Positions 11,091 through 23,359 are shown, numbered from the whole stretch's first letter. The stretch: 63,980 bases of DNA, filler included, from Octopus bimaculoides (GCF_001194135.2; 4 parts of 4 records of this genome joined end to end with filler, not necessarily neighbours in it), one strand, 5' to 3'. Numbers and translations: made by a program. Notes: generated by a model not told the origin, from the sequence alone.

Positions 11091-11136
11091 GACACCTGAA
11101 GAAGGCTGGAGGGTATATCAGCCGAGACGTTGTGTT
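11091..11136 (+). ncRNA. Hammerhead copy with a core substitution (GAAA to GAGA), probably inactive
   Basis: GACAC-CUGAAGA-A-GGCUG-(10 nt)-CAGCC-GAGA-CGUU-GUGUU. The G at 11126 replaces conserved A14. Confidence 0.55.
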
Positions 11137-11367
11137 AACAACAAACAAGATGAGGACAAATATCTGTTGAATGTAAATAATGCACAATGTTTGCTCTATT
11201 ATTAATTAATTGTCAATAAAAGCAAGCTTCAACTATCTAAAATGGATTGTTGCTGGTCAAAGTACATACAGTACAGTATTTTATTCTACAGTATTTACAA
11301 TACTTGTATCTTATTAGGTTAATACAACTTATTCGCTACTTAAATAATGTCTTTATTTCTACTATAT

Positions 11368-11706
11368 TGTGAAGGTGCATGGTTCAGTGGTGAGAGCATT
11401 GAGCTTACGATCGTGAGGTTGTAAGTTCGAATCCTGTACTGGGCTGCATGTTGTGTTCTTGAGCAAGACACTTTATTTCATGTTGCTCCAGTTCACTCAG
11501 CTGTAGAAATGAGTTGCGATGTCACAGGTGCCAAGCTGTATCGGCCTTTTCCTTTCCCCTTGGATAACACTGGTGGCATGGAGAGGGGAGGCCGGTATGC
11601 ATGGGCGACTGCTGGTCTTCCATAAACAATCTTGCCTGGACTTGTGCCTGGGAGGGTAACTTTCTAGGTGCAATCCCATGGTCAGTCATGACCAAAGGGG
11701 GTCTCA
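11368..11706 (+). mobile_element. tRNA-derived SINE family B, apparently full length
   Basis: A-box-like tggttcagtgg and B-box gttcgaatcc, then ttgtgttcttgagcaagacactttatttca...ccagttcactcagctg, shared with 47432-47755. Confidence 0.8.
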
Positions 11707-11897
11707 GCTTTCAGAATACTGATGTTTGTATAAAATTTTAATGTTGTGTAAGGTGCTAGAGTAATTAAAAATGTAATGATCAGATATCTGGAAAATTTAA
11801 TTATCTGGCAACCCTTCAGTTCCTGTGGTGCTAGACAGGAGGGAGTTTATTGTGTGTGTGTGATGTAACATTCGTTTTCCATGCTGGCATAGGCTGG

Positions 11898-11935
<38 letters not shown>

Positions 11936-12254
11936 ATTAAGAATCAGTTGAATTTGGTACTTAAATTGAGGCAGCAAGCCAGTTTGATATAGTCTGCGCA
12001 GCTCAAAATTAGGTGAATAAAAAGCAAATAAGTAACAAGGATGTCCAGGTGTCAATGCATTACGGCTGTTTCAAGTGGCTCCATTTAATCAATAATGAAA
12101 ACATTACATCACTATGAGCAGTTTATTTCAAATTGATGTAATGTTTTCATTGACTGATTAAATGGAGTCGCTTGAAACGGCCATAATGCACTAATTCCTG
12201 GACATCTTTGTTACTTATTTGCTTTATATATATTATATATATATCTATACACAT

Positions 12255-12420
12255 ACATACATATATGGCATTGGTGCCAAATAAAATGCATTGGCCATTC
12301 TGTAAGGTGGTTGGTGTTAGGAAGGACATTCAGCTATAAAAAAACCATAACAAAACAAACAGTGAAGCCTGATGCAGTCTTCTGTCCAGCATGGAAAATG
12401 GACGTTAAATGATAATGATG
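12255..12420 (+). mobile_element. RTE 3'-tail repeat (family E)
   Basis: gtggttggtgttaggaaggacattcagc...cagcatggaaaatggacgttaaatgataatgatg. Confidence 0.7.
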
Positions 12421-12879
12421 GTATAGAATATACATTATTTTGATTTTGTAAATGAGTAGCAATTCTTACAGAAGTTGCCAGTAGATGCTGATGTTCATTT
12501 AACTTTGATAATTCACTATCTGAGATTGAGTGATTTATGTTAAAAATGAGATACCCTGGAAACTTTTACTTAATTACTGATGCTGTTTTCTGTTGGAAAC
12601 GAGTATTTACTCATGAATTGGAGCTTTAGGATATAACATTCTTTTACAATAAGGATTTTCTTTTAAACTTAAAACTTGGCAATTTCATGAAAAATTGCTA
12701 TGAAAACATAGGATTCAGTGATTTTTTTTTTTTCCATTTTGTCTTATTTGATATGTAGACACTTATTTTTAGTGCTTTTCAATACATCTTTTGGTTGAAA
12801 TAGATTATTTTGTACAAGCTATTTTCCTATCTGATGATTATTAGATTTGTAAAACTCCAAACATTAAACATTATCAATT

Positions 12880-13065
12880 ATCATCAACATTTAATGCCTG
12901 TTTTCCATGCTGGCATGGGTTGGACAGCTTGACAGGAACTGACAAGGCTAGGGACCACACCAGGATCCATAATCTATTTTGGCTGGGTTTCTATAGCAGG
13001 ATGCTCTTCCTAACACTAACCACTTTACAGAGTGTACAGGGTACTTTTTACGTGGCACTTTGGTT
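12880..13065 (-). mobile_element. RTE 3'-tail repeat (family E)
   Basis: catttaatgcctgttttccatgctggcatgggttggac...ggatgctcttcctaacactaaccac. Confidence 0.7.
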
Positions 13066-13175
13066 TTAGGGTCTCAGTTTTATGGTGAGCAAAAATTTTG
13101 TGAAAAATTTTCAAGTCATTCATTGGCCATAAAATAAGATTAGGATTAAGTTGACATTTTCAGGAAATGTTACTT

Positions 13176-14575
13176 TCAAAAGATAGAGTTGACTTGGACA
13201 AAATGACACTACTTTCATTATAATAAATGGAAAAAAGAAAACGTTTGCAAGCTTTGATTCATAAATGTTGTCGAGATTTCTTACATTGGTACAAGGCTCT
13301 AATTTTGTAAGGGAGGGTTTAATAAATTAACTCAACATCAGTATATATCTGATGATTATTTTGTTGAAACCTTAGAAAAAGGAAAAGACATAAAAAGCAA
13401 ACACCTGCATGCCATTTACTCTAACCACTGAACCATGCACCTTCACAATATAGTAGAAATAAAAACATAATTTAAGTAAAGAACAAGTTGTATTAACCTA
13501 ATAAAATACAAATGGTAAAAAATTTGAAAATATATTGGATGTATGTATGTTGAATTTGTTTGGAAATCCCCTTTCGTGCTAGGAGTCAACAAAGTCCCTG
13601 TTTATTTTTTTCTTTTATAAGACCTTGGTTGCATTAAAGTTCACTTTTACCAACTGTCAGACAGACACCATGTTAGAGTAGAATACATGTCACATTGCTG
13701 CTGATATGTACTCTTCATTTAGCAGTGTCACTGTTAGACGGCATTTGTGGAAGATGCTTCTCAACATAGACCCATTAATATACAAACTTTTCTGTCATTA
13801 CAATAATGGATTTTGGTCCTATAAACTAGTAAGGTGCATGCTACCCACTGTCCAAGCCCATCCAACGTCCTATATTACCTCCTCTTATCATCCCTGTTGA
13901 ATCATCCTTCAAACCTTGACACTAAATACTTTACTTCACATTTCCTATTCAGATTTTTATTCCTGTAAGAATCCTTCAGTCCATATTATGCAGGCATTTC
14001 ATGCAGAATTTCAAAATCTCACTGGTCCAGAGTGGGGGTCTCTGTAAAGTCAAGAAAGAGTAATACTATTCTGCATAAACAGGAAAAAAAAAAAAATCCA
14101 GAATTCCTTTCATAATTCCATTGAAGACCTAGCTGATTAATATAAAGACCACATTCCATATTTTATATAGTTAGCTTCAATGACATGAGACCAAATAGTT
14201 TCACTTAGAGACTGACTTTTCTCTTCTTGGAGGCTGTTTTGTTGAAGCTAAATATTTTGTTGTTGTAATGCTATTCACCATCATTATTGTTCAATGTACA
14301 TTAAGACATGATCACAGAAATGGTAATGTCAAAGTAAATGGTTTGCAGTTGTTTGCTTTTTATGTCTTTTCATTTTTCTAAGGTTTCAACAAAATAATCA
14401 TCAGATATAAACTGATGTTGAGTTAATTTATTAAACCCTCCCTTACAAAATTAGTCTTGTACCAATGTAAGAAATCTTGACAACATTTATGAATCAAAGC
14501 TTGCAAACGTTTTCTTTTTTCCATTTATTATAATGAAAGTAGTATCATTTTGTTCAAGTCAACTCTATCTTTTGA
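13176..14575. repeat. Long inverted duplication: arms 13176-13420 and 14333-14575, about 95% identical by eye, 912-bp spacer
   Basis: tcaaaagatagagttgacttg...gcaaacacctgcatgccatttact is the reverse complement of agtaaatggtttgcagttgtttgc...caagtcaactctatcttttga. Confidence 0.92.
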
Positions 14576-15471
14576 GTTGAGTTTCTTGTCAAAGTGAGAA
14601 TTTTTTTAAAAGATTGAATGCACTCATATAGAGTAATTTGATATCCTGATCACTTTGATGTTACTGACTATATCTCTAGGGCTGTATTTACATTGCTTTT
14701 GACATTCCTTACGTTACTTTTTAAGGTGTGTTGAAATATATTGTAGGGAAATGTTTGTGAAATTTGAGTTGAGAACTATCGAGAGAACAAGTTGAACCCA
14801 TTTGCTGTACAGCTTGTAAATGTATTTGACAAAATCAAATTATCACCAAATTAGTTATTAAGAAAATTTCCTTGCTGAACTGATCTTGTTGCTAAAGAAT
14901 TAGCAAAATGAACTTCATCATTTCTAAGACGAAAATAATAAGCTGCTGTCATTACTTGTGTGTCATTTTAAAACTAATTCACATTCCTAAGCGACAATAT
15001 GGCAGCAAAGATATAAGCTCTGTCTTAATGAAATTTCTATTAATTTCATTATCTCCAAGAAATATTATCCAATATTTCTAAAGCTTGTCGCATAGCACAA
15101 TTTTAACTAGTTGGCTTCCTTATATCTTTCCTAGAGGAGAATTTTAAACTGGTTTGAACAAAGAGTGATACGCTATTTTCTTAAGTTCACTCTAATTATT
15201 ATTTTGATACTATATTAGTCTGTTACAATGTTATCACAGCTCTATATTACTGAAGTCACCTCCATGTATTTAATCATGCTTGCTGCTTTGCATCATACTA
15301 TGTAGTTACGATTTAGGTATACTTCTGTTTGAAGTAAATTAAAGTTATTTCAAAGAAATAACAAATCAGCCAATTAAACAGTCTTTTTTTTGTATGCAAT
15401 TACTTTTGTATATTTAAATCTTGATAATATAATAAATTGATTTACTCTTTACAAACAATAAGTAACCAAGG

Positions 15472-15620
15472 ATATAGTCTTATGGTCAAGTTTACTTTGT
15501 AATAACATGGTTCCAAGATTGATCTGACTGCACAAATTTTTGGCCAAGTGTTTTCCATAGACCTGGATTAATCAACATCTGAGTGGAATTTAGTAACTGT
15601 GCAGATGCCAATTTTGTGTG
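15472..15620 (+). mobile_element. Heavily decayed SINE family A
   Basis: tatggtcaagtttactttgtaataacatggttcc...ggccaagtgttttccatag...gagtggaatttagtaac. Confidence 0.45.
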
Positions 15621-15771
15621 TGTATTTTTGTCCTGATTTTATGCTGGAGTTGCATAAATGAAATTGGTTCAAAATCAGTTCATTAGATTATGAAGTGAAT
15701 GTGAATATGTCTCAGTCATTCAAATATTATTATTTTTTTTTTTTCCAAAAAGTTAGCAAGACCTAATTTAA

Positions 15772-15991
15772 CCCTTTCATTACCAACCTGGCTGAAACCG
15801 GCTCTGCCTCTGAGTATAAATGTCTTGTTTTCATAAACTTTGAATTAAAATCTTCCACCAAACCTTAGTCACAATTTATGTTCCTAACACTAGCTGAGTA
15901 ATAACTGAATTATTTTACTAAATTCTTTGTTATATTTGAAGTAATTGAAAGAAACACAGAGCTTCTCAAAATAAATACAGTAACGAAAGGG
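15772..15991. mobile_element. piggyBac-type MITE (220 bp)
   Basis: TTAA at 15768-71 and 15992-95 flanks termini CCCTTTCATTAC / GTAACGAAAGGG (11 of 12 inverted match). Confidence 0.85.
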
Positions 15992-16199
15992 TTAAGGACA
16001 TAAGTTATCTTCACAACACACTCTTGTTGTTTATCTTTGTTTTTCACCTCTCTTTGTGTATTCAGATGTTCTCTCCTAACTTCTTCAGTAGACTGTTTTC
16101 TTCTTTCCTTTCAGCAATTATTTCTAAGATGTAAACTTTCTAGCAGCATCAAATGCTCCACTTTTGCAAATTTTGAAACTTCTTGACTTCAGTGATCTA

Positions 16200-17300
16200 C
16201 TCTGCATTTCCCTCATTTTTGAGAGTTGTTCTTTGACTTGGTTAGAACTGATTTCCAAACTGCTATTAAATGCAGTTTATAGTGACCATTTTGCAGGTGA
16301 TGTCAGTAAAATGGAAAGCATTTAACATACTAAATAACTGCTAGTAATCTTTTACAGTCATCAAGGTTTGTACCTAACCTGTTGACCTTTTTCTTTAAAT
16401 GATTCTTATATTTAGTATGCCATAGAGTCACTATGACATCTTGGTGCATCTGATGTGCTTAGAGGTATGTAAACTGCATTTATTTTAAGCTTTGTCTAAA
16501 TTTCAACAAGATTTTTTAGGATTGCCGCAGACATTGTTCAACAGAATAATTGTTTTGTGTCGTAAGTCATTCTTAATGTAGATGTACACAATAGTACAGA
16601 ATTGATTGGTGTACCAGCTTAAGAATAAATCCCATGTGACCCACACCATATTGACCGGATCTTCATAGACAGGCAATTGCAATTTATTTTACTCTTTCAG
16701 TTCACGGAGTGTTTCTGAGCAGTAGACCAAACAGCAGCTTCTATTTTAGAGTTTCTTAAACATTTCCACCAAACAGAACTATTAGTTTATTCTTGGCAGC
16801 TTTAAATGCCAATATAGACTTCTCCTCAATGGCAAAAGAGCTCCCTGAAGTTACTCCCTTTCAATATGTTAATATCTCAGCATAATAACATTCTCAATAT
16901 ATTTACCATTCTATCTCATGGCTTCAAATTCTGCTAGTAATGCTGTAACTGCTTTGATATCTGCACATGTTGCTTCACCAGTTTTTTGCCTTAACTCTAC
17001 GGTAGTTGGTGTGACTCCCAGAGCCTGCAAACCATCCCTTACTTCTTGCATATGTTTCATATTTACCTTCCTCATTCATTACATAAAAAACAGATGCTGG
17101 CTTCTCACAAATGACAAATTGATTTCATGGAATGTTTTTCTAGTTCATCTTCTACCCTCAATATTAATAGCTTCTCCATTTGTTCCACTAACTTACCACA
17201 ACAAATAGTCTTATTTTATATTCTTCAAGACTATCATAAAGCCAAGGTGAAGATTGCATTGATGGCACTATGAATGAGCTGTGATACTGTCAGTAGTATA
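16200..17300 (-). mobile_element. Tigger/pogo (CENP-B HTH plus DDE_1) transposase relic
   Basis: Colinear minus-strand frames: EQMEKLLI, SKGWF, TGEATCADIKA, EEKSILAFKAAKNKLIVLFGGN, QLPVY...WVTWDLFLSWYTNQF...KTIILLNNVCGNP. Multiple stops and frameshifts; boundaries approximate. Confidence 0.85.
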
Positions 17301-17354
17301 AATCTAACTGGCATAAAAATCAGAGCAATTTCTGTGTGATGATATATAAATTTA

Positions 17355-17705
17355 TATTGTTTCACTCATTGGACTGTGGCCATATTGGGGCAACACCTCC
17401 CAGGGTTTTAGTTGTATAAATCGACCCCAGTACTTATTTTTGTTTTAAGCCCGGTACTTATTCTATTGGTTTCTTTTTTGCCAGACTATTAAGTTACAGG
17501 GACATAAATAAGCAACATTGATTGTTTAGAGATGGTAGAAGACACATAAAGACATGCATACATGTGCGCGCACACACACACATGACAAACTTCTTTCAGT
17601 TTCCATTTGTCAAATCCACATATAAGACTTTGGTCGGCTAAGAGCTATAGTAGGGAACTGAACCCAGAATCTTGTGGTTGGGAAGCAAATTTCTTTAAAC
17701 ACAGC
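17355..17705 (-). mobile_element. SINE family A
   Basis: gggaactgaacccagaatcttgtggttgggaagc head, aaatccacatataagactttggtcggc body, tcactcattggactgtggccat tail. Confidence 0.75.
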
Positions 17706-19219
17706 TACACACACACATGCACACACACATGCACACACACACACCAGTATATTATATATGCACACACACACAAGTGAGTGGACAAATGAAAGAAGAGCAC
17801 TCAACACATTCATTGAGGATTAGCATCACGCTTTGAAAATCAGAGCACCAAGGAATTTGAATCAAACTGTTTTGACACACATAATTTTTTTTGTGTGTGT
17901 GTGTGTATATATGTGTACATATTTCACTGACATATAAACTAATTATATAAACATTGAGAAAACTGAAAAAACTTGTGCTTTACAAAGTTCCTTGTGTTTT
18001 TTTATTTTCTCTGAGTAATGTTGTGAACCAGTGATTAGACTATTAGAAAACTGAATCTGACTCTATTGACAGATTATGATACAAATAAAAGAAAAATGAG
18101 AAAAATATGAGTTAGACACAAGTCTCCTTGCCTCAAGCTATGCAGAATTTGAAATTGTTCTCTACATCCAGGAAGTAGTAAATTAAACACTGTTTCACTG
18201 CAGGTATTTCTATTCATTGAAAACATTTTCCATTGGTATAAGAAATATTTAAAAAAAGAAAAAATCTGAATTTGTATTTTCTGTGAATAAAAAATAAACG
18301 TGATTTTTCTAAGCATTCTTCTAACCAATGGAGCAAACAAAAAATTGGATTCATGTAGGGTTCTCTAACCATTAAACATTATGGTCTCTTTTTAAAGCCA
18401 ACTCGTCATTCATGGCTGTTATTCCATTTGCAACTTGCAGTGTTTATTGCAAATATCTCATTGCTTCATTTTCTTTCCATTTATTATTTTTTTTATTTAC
18501 TTGCTGAACCCATTTGTTCAATAGCCAGTTATATGGTATACTAATTTATTTTATTACTTAATGAAAGGATATTGTCCATTATTTACTTGATAGAGGTTAC
18601 ATGTGATTATTATAAAATATAATGGAATAACTAGCACTTCTTTTTCTATAAACAGAACATTTAATATTATTTACTCATTTAGATTATGATATCCAAATCA
18701 TTTAGTGTAATTATTACCTCCTATTACCACCTTTAGTATAGTTATTATCTCCTATTACTGCCATTATACATTATCAGTACCATAATTTGTCTCATCACTC
18801 CTTTGGCAAGAATGGTGAGGTTTATGCTAGGCTGAATTGGTCTAATAAGGGGGAAATTGTTTTCACTGCTTGCTACAATTACTAAAATAATATTAGTCAT
18901 TGATTAATATCATCTTTTAATGGTCACTGCATTAAATAATACTAACAGTATTTATAAATAATTTGTCAAGTAAAGGAATTAGCTCTAAAATAAAAAATAT
19001 ATTTTTGTCCTTATTAAATCATTCTTTGGATTTCATTCCGTATTTTCCTCTAGTGAACTTCAGTTATACCGTTAACTTTTGAACGTGCACAATATTTAAT
19101 GGTATGTTCACTGGTACCCAATTTAATTGCAGCTTCCTAACTTCAATAACTGAAATTTATAACTACATGTCTCAACTGATTTTTATAAAAGCATTGAGCA
19201 AGTGATGTTTTTCGTTTTT

Positions 19220-19400
19220 AAAATGTAGACTGCCTAAAGTGGTTGATGCTAGTAATAACTCTTGAGCTGTGAAATCTGTCCCAATGCCTTATCGTTAGAC
19301 AGTGGTACCATGTAATGAAAACTGATGTACTGTGAACTAATATTCTAAACATTTGGAAGACTGTTAAAGATTTGTGCAGTTTGTATAATGGATTTCTCAA
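19220..19400 (-). mobile_element. Possible decayed LINE (CR1/L2-like) ORF C-terminus
   Basis: A minus frame reads AQIFNSLPNV*NI, like the LFNSLP..IRN motif; single short motif only. Confidence 0.3.
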
Positions 19401-20731
19401 GACACACACTCATATAACAAAAGCCACTTAAAATACATAAAAAGAAACTATTAGTAGCAAAATTGTCTTCTATTGACATATCTCATTCATTTTAAAATCT
19501 TTTCTTCATAACAAATTATCCTGTGTTATTTGTCATTGCAATTATCTTCCTAATTATTTCTATGTAATCATAAATTCAATATCTTGTTTCATAAGCTGAA
19601 ATTGCTATGTGTGTATATTCATTGTTGTATTTCCTGAAATGTTCTGATTATTTGATTTTACTTTTCTTTTCAATGGTCATATAAAATTTTGTCTCTATCT
19701 TTTTCAATACGAATGCTTTTCCTCCCTGCAGGACAGCAAATTGATTTAGCGCCAGACACACAATTACTGTTCCTGTTGTCAATATCCCCATGAAAGCTTT
19801 CATTGATATTGTGGAGGCAGTGTTGCTCTGCTTTTGTTGGAGCTGTTTTTTGCCTTGTTTGATTATGTGGCAAATATTCTCTCTCTTCCTCTCTCACTCT
19901 CTTCTTTTTTTTTTTTTTTAATTATGTGCTGTTTGGAAATATTTGAACTGCATGTTTATGTACAAGGCTAATTAACAAACACCTCACACACACACACCCA
20001 CACAAAAAGTAATTCAGTTAAAAATATTATGTAGAAACATTGATAATCAGCTGGCTGACACTATTAGATGAAGTCTAGTGTTTATTTTTTTTTATCTCTA
20101 GCAGAGGTGCAATCATACTTTTATGTCAATCTTTCTATAGTTTTGTAGATGATCGGTAACTGTGAATGTTACTCACTACCATTTAAATAAGGAGTGTAGG
20201 TATTATCTAAAGTTGTCCACATATCATGCAAAGACAGAATTTTCATGGCTGGTATTCTTTTGATCATATGTCTACTAGATTGGAGTTGATTGAGGATTAA
20301 ACAACACAACAACGTTGACATCATCACGACCAGTATCTTTTGACATTGTTGCATCTTTGTTGCAATTTCTGGGAATGAAAAGAGGAAATGAGAGCTTACA
20401 GCCATCATACTAATCATCATTAAAGTCATAAAGTCTACCATCTTGAACCAATGAAGTAACTTCTATGTTGTTGCTTAATTTTCTAGAGAGAACAACCAAA
20501 TTTTAAGAGGACATGCTGGTTAATGTATTCCTAGATCACTATGCCTGAACAAAAGAGTTGGTCTAGTCTGGTATTGCCCTGATCCTAGATCTGTTCAATC
20601 ACGGCTTATCTGGAACTAAATATTCCCTATAGATATGTGGGCATCATGGAAAACCATTAGAGGTAGTAAAGCCTTGCATTTGCTGCACTTTCAGGGTTTT
20701 AGTTATGTTGTTTATGATTAAGGAGTGTAAC

Positions 20732-20978
20732 TGTTGTAACATGATTATGTGCAATAAATAAGATAACCAGACAACAGTAACAACAATGTAATGAACTAAC
20801 CAATCTCTTTATGAACCAACAATCAATGTGCCTTGTGAACTAACCAACTGACTTCACTGAGAACTAACACGAACTTCACTCAACCCCAAATTCTGAACCT
20901 ACTTGGATTGTTACTATTTATACTTTACTTGGACCAGTCTATCTCTTGCAAGGGGGTGCCGTAACTCTCATCACAACA
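20732..20978 (-). repeat. 3' LTR (247 bp), TGTTGT...ACAACA termini
   Basis: Aligns to 24633-24803 plus 25196-25281. Confidence 0.88.
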
Positions 20979-21169
20979 TCTCCCTTTTTGAGATTTCAAT
21001 TACTGTGAGAAAGTGGAATTTCTTTTATTTTAATTCTTTTCTTTCCAGCACCTCTCCCCACTTTTTTTTTTGTTGGCTGTTGCATCTTAATTGTTGCCTG
21101 ACTTTTAAGGTAGTATTGTTTGTTGCACACAGCACTTTTTCTTTCTGTTGTACTAAGCACTCTTGTTTT

Positions 21170-21202
<33 letters not shown>

Positions 21203-21299
21203 AAAATTTAATATCTTTTTGTTTAGGTATTACTTCCAGATATTCAGTCTGTTTTTGTTTTCTGAAGCTAGTTCTATGGAGTTCAGTATCTTTTGGTGC

Positions 21300-22060
21300 T
21301 GGCACTTCAAACGTATCATAGAAGACTTCCATTGGTATTACCCTTCATTCTTCTGTATGTCTCATCTTTAACTGGTTAAGGTGTCTCTTATGTTCCTAAC
21401 ATTGTCCTTTAATTAAATACATCATGTTACCTAATCTTTTGACTACACAGCCTTATTTACCATTTTTGTAATTTTTAAAATGAACTTTTATCTCCTACTC
21501 TGAAGTGTTTTGTAGTATTTCTTATATTTCCTTCAAATGTATTTTTTGTCTTTCCTTTATATGTATTTTTTCCTGGCAATAATTTATCGAAGATCGATTT
21601 TTATTTTATGCATGAGCATTAACTCTGCTGGTGACTTTCCTGAATTAGTATTTGGATTTGGCATCATTCTATATACTCTCAAACATTTTGTTAGTGCCTC
21701 ATCATTATCTAGCTTGTTATCAGCTTTTCTTAGAGGTCTTTTGAACATGTCAACAAATCTTTCCATCTGCCCATTTGATTTGCCCTTGGGCGGTAGGGTG
21801 GGATAGAGATGTGCTTTATGGCATATATTTTGCAGAAATTTCTTAATTCATATCTTGGGAATTGTGTTCCATTATCTGAAACTAACATGTCTGGAATACT
21901 GTATCAAGCAAATAACTCAAGAACTTTATTGTTGTCTTTGCTGTGGGTTTATTACATCTGCGTACCTCTGGCCACTTTGTATACTATCCACAATGATTAG
22001 ATAGTATGCGCTGTTCACTGGTCCAGTGTAGTTATGTATCCTGGACCATAGTTTGTCCAA
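21300..22060 (-). pseudogene. Gypsy integrase remnant
   Basis: WSRIH, TGPVNSAYYLIIVDS, ERFVDMFKRPLRK, MPNPNTNSGKSPAELM and GNMMYLIKG..KRHLNQL motifs, with stops and frameshifts. Confidence 0.85.
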
Positions 22061-22069
22061 GAGTACTTG

Positions 22070-23359
22070 CAGAAACATTTAGAATTTGCTCTTTAACTCT
22101 TCAGACAAATTATTTTTAGCGGGACGGCCATTGAAGTTTTTACAATAGAGATTTATGGGGAAGTCCCATAAATCGAATAATTCTAACCAGTCCGTACCAA
22201 ACAATAATGGAGACTTTCGTCTTGCATGTTTTCTTCCGAAATGTGACATTACTCCACATTTCGCCTATGAAATGTAATTTGTCGCCTGTCACAATATGAG
22301 CAGATTTTGCTGTTTTTCTCAACATAGGTTTCCCTATTTTCTTCCATGTGTCCATATTTATTATTGAAATATCACTTCCAGTATCCAAATGTATTCCATT
22401 TATTGTTACGTGTACGGATTTTCTTATTTGGGAGTCGATTTTTGTTTTTGCTGAGAGCACTCTAGGATTTTTAAGGTTTGACCTTCGTAATTTTGTCCTG
22501 CAGTGTGAACTCTTGTGACCAATTCTTTTTCAACTGTAATATTTTTGATTTTTAAATGGACAGTCTTTTCTGAAATGTATGCCCCCCCCCCACATCCATA
22601 ACATAGATTAGGACATGGCATTCTTTTTTGGTTGTACTTTTCTGGTTGGCATATCTGTCTTTTTGAGGAATCCTTTCTTGAATTTTTTCTACATTGTGTT
22701 TCAGGTTTACCATCTTTTGGCATTCTTCTGTCATGGACTGTAAGATTCTACCTTGGTTCACTTGTTCGAATTTAGAAAGAACTCTTGCCCAAATTTCTGT
22801 ATTTTTGCTTGCTTGTAAGGCTTTGTATGAAAATAAGACACTTGAACATCTAAGGTGTAAGTTCTTTGAGTTTAAAACTTTCACACATCCTGTTAACTGT
22901 TCCTGTGTATGTGATAAAATCATCATTCTCCTTTTTTGTTATATTCCAACACTCCATTTGAGTGTTAAATAGAGAAGTTTTATCACCAAATATGTTGGAT
23001 AGTAAATTTATTGTTTCTTTAAAACAAATTTCATTGGGGTTTTTGAGTAATATGAAATTACAGTAATATTCATGCTCTAATGGAGCTAATTTTCACAATA
23101 ACAATCTCATTTTTTGTTCATTCAACCATGATTTACAATCTTGCTTAAAAATCTCCTCATACCTTCTGTAGTACGATGCAAAAGTTATTCCCTCCTCTGG
23201 GTTACAACTGAATTCATTTATCGAGTTCGAAACGCCATCTGGCGAAAATGAACTTGCATCGTTTTTGGACTTCTTTGAATATAGCTCCAATAATTGTAGT
23301 TGTTGCTGTAATAGTTGCTTCTGCAACTCCTGTTGCTGTTCTTGTTGTTGCTTTTGCAA
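22070..23359 (-). pseudogene. Gypsy gag and aspartic protease remnant
   Basis: DGVSNSINEFSCNPEEGITFASYYRRYEEIFKQDCKSW..KMRLLL, knuckle-like CYGCGG, protease LDTGSDISIIN, LFGTDWLELFDLW. Confidence 0.85.

Larger units (their letters stand above)
10790..11182. mobile_element. Foldback non-autonomous element: B box, (AAT)n and PLE-type hammerhead tail, in inverted duplicate
   Basis: Arms 10825-10987 and 11011-11182 are near-perfect reverse complements around a 23-nt loop whose minus strand reads tacgagttcgattccaagcagtg. The tail sequence recurs at 44532-44576. Confidence 0.8.

Noticed and set aside
19054-19101. 48-nt segment with good acceptor and donor as a TMEM65 micro-exon
   Set aside because: Stops in all three frames.
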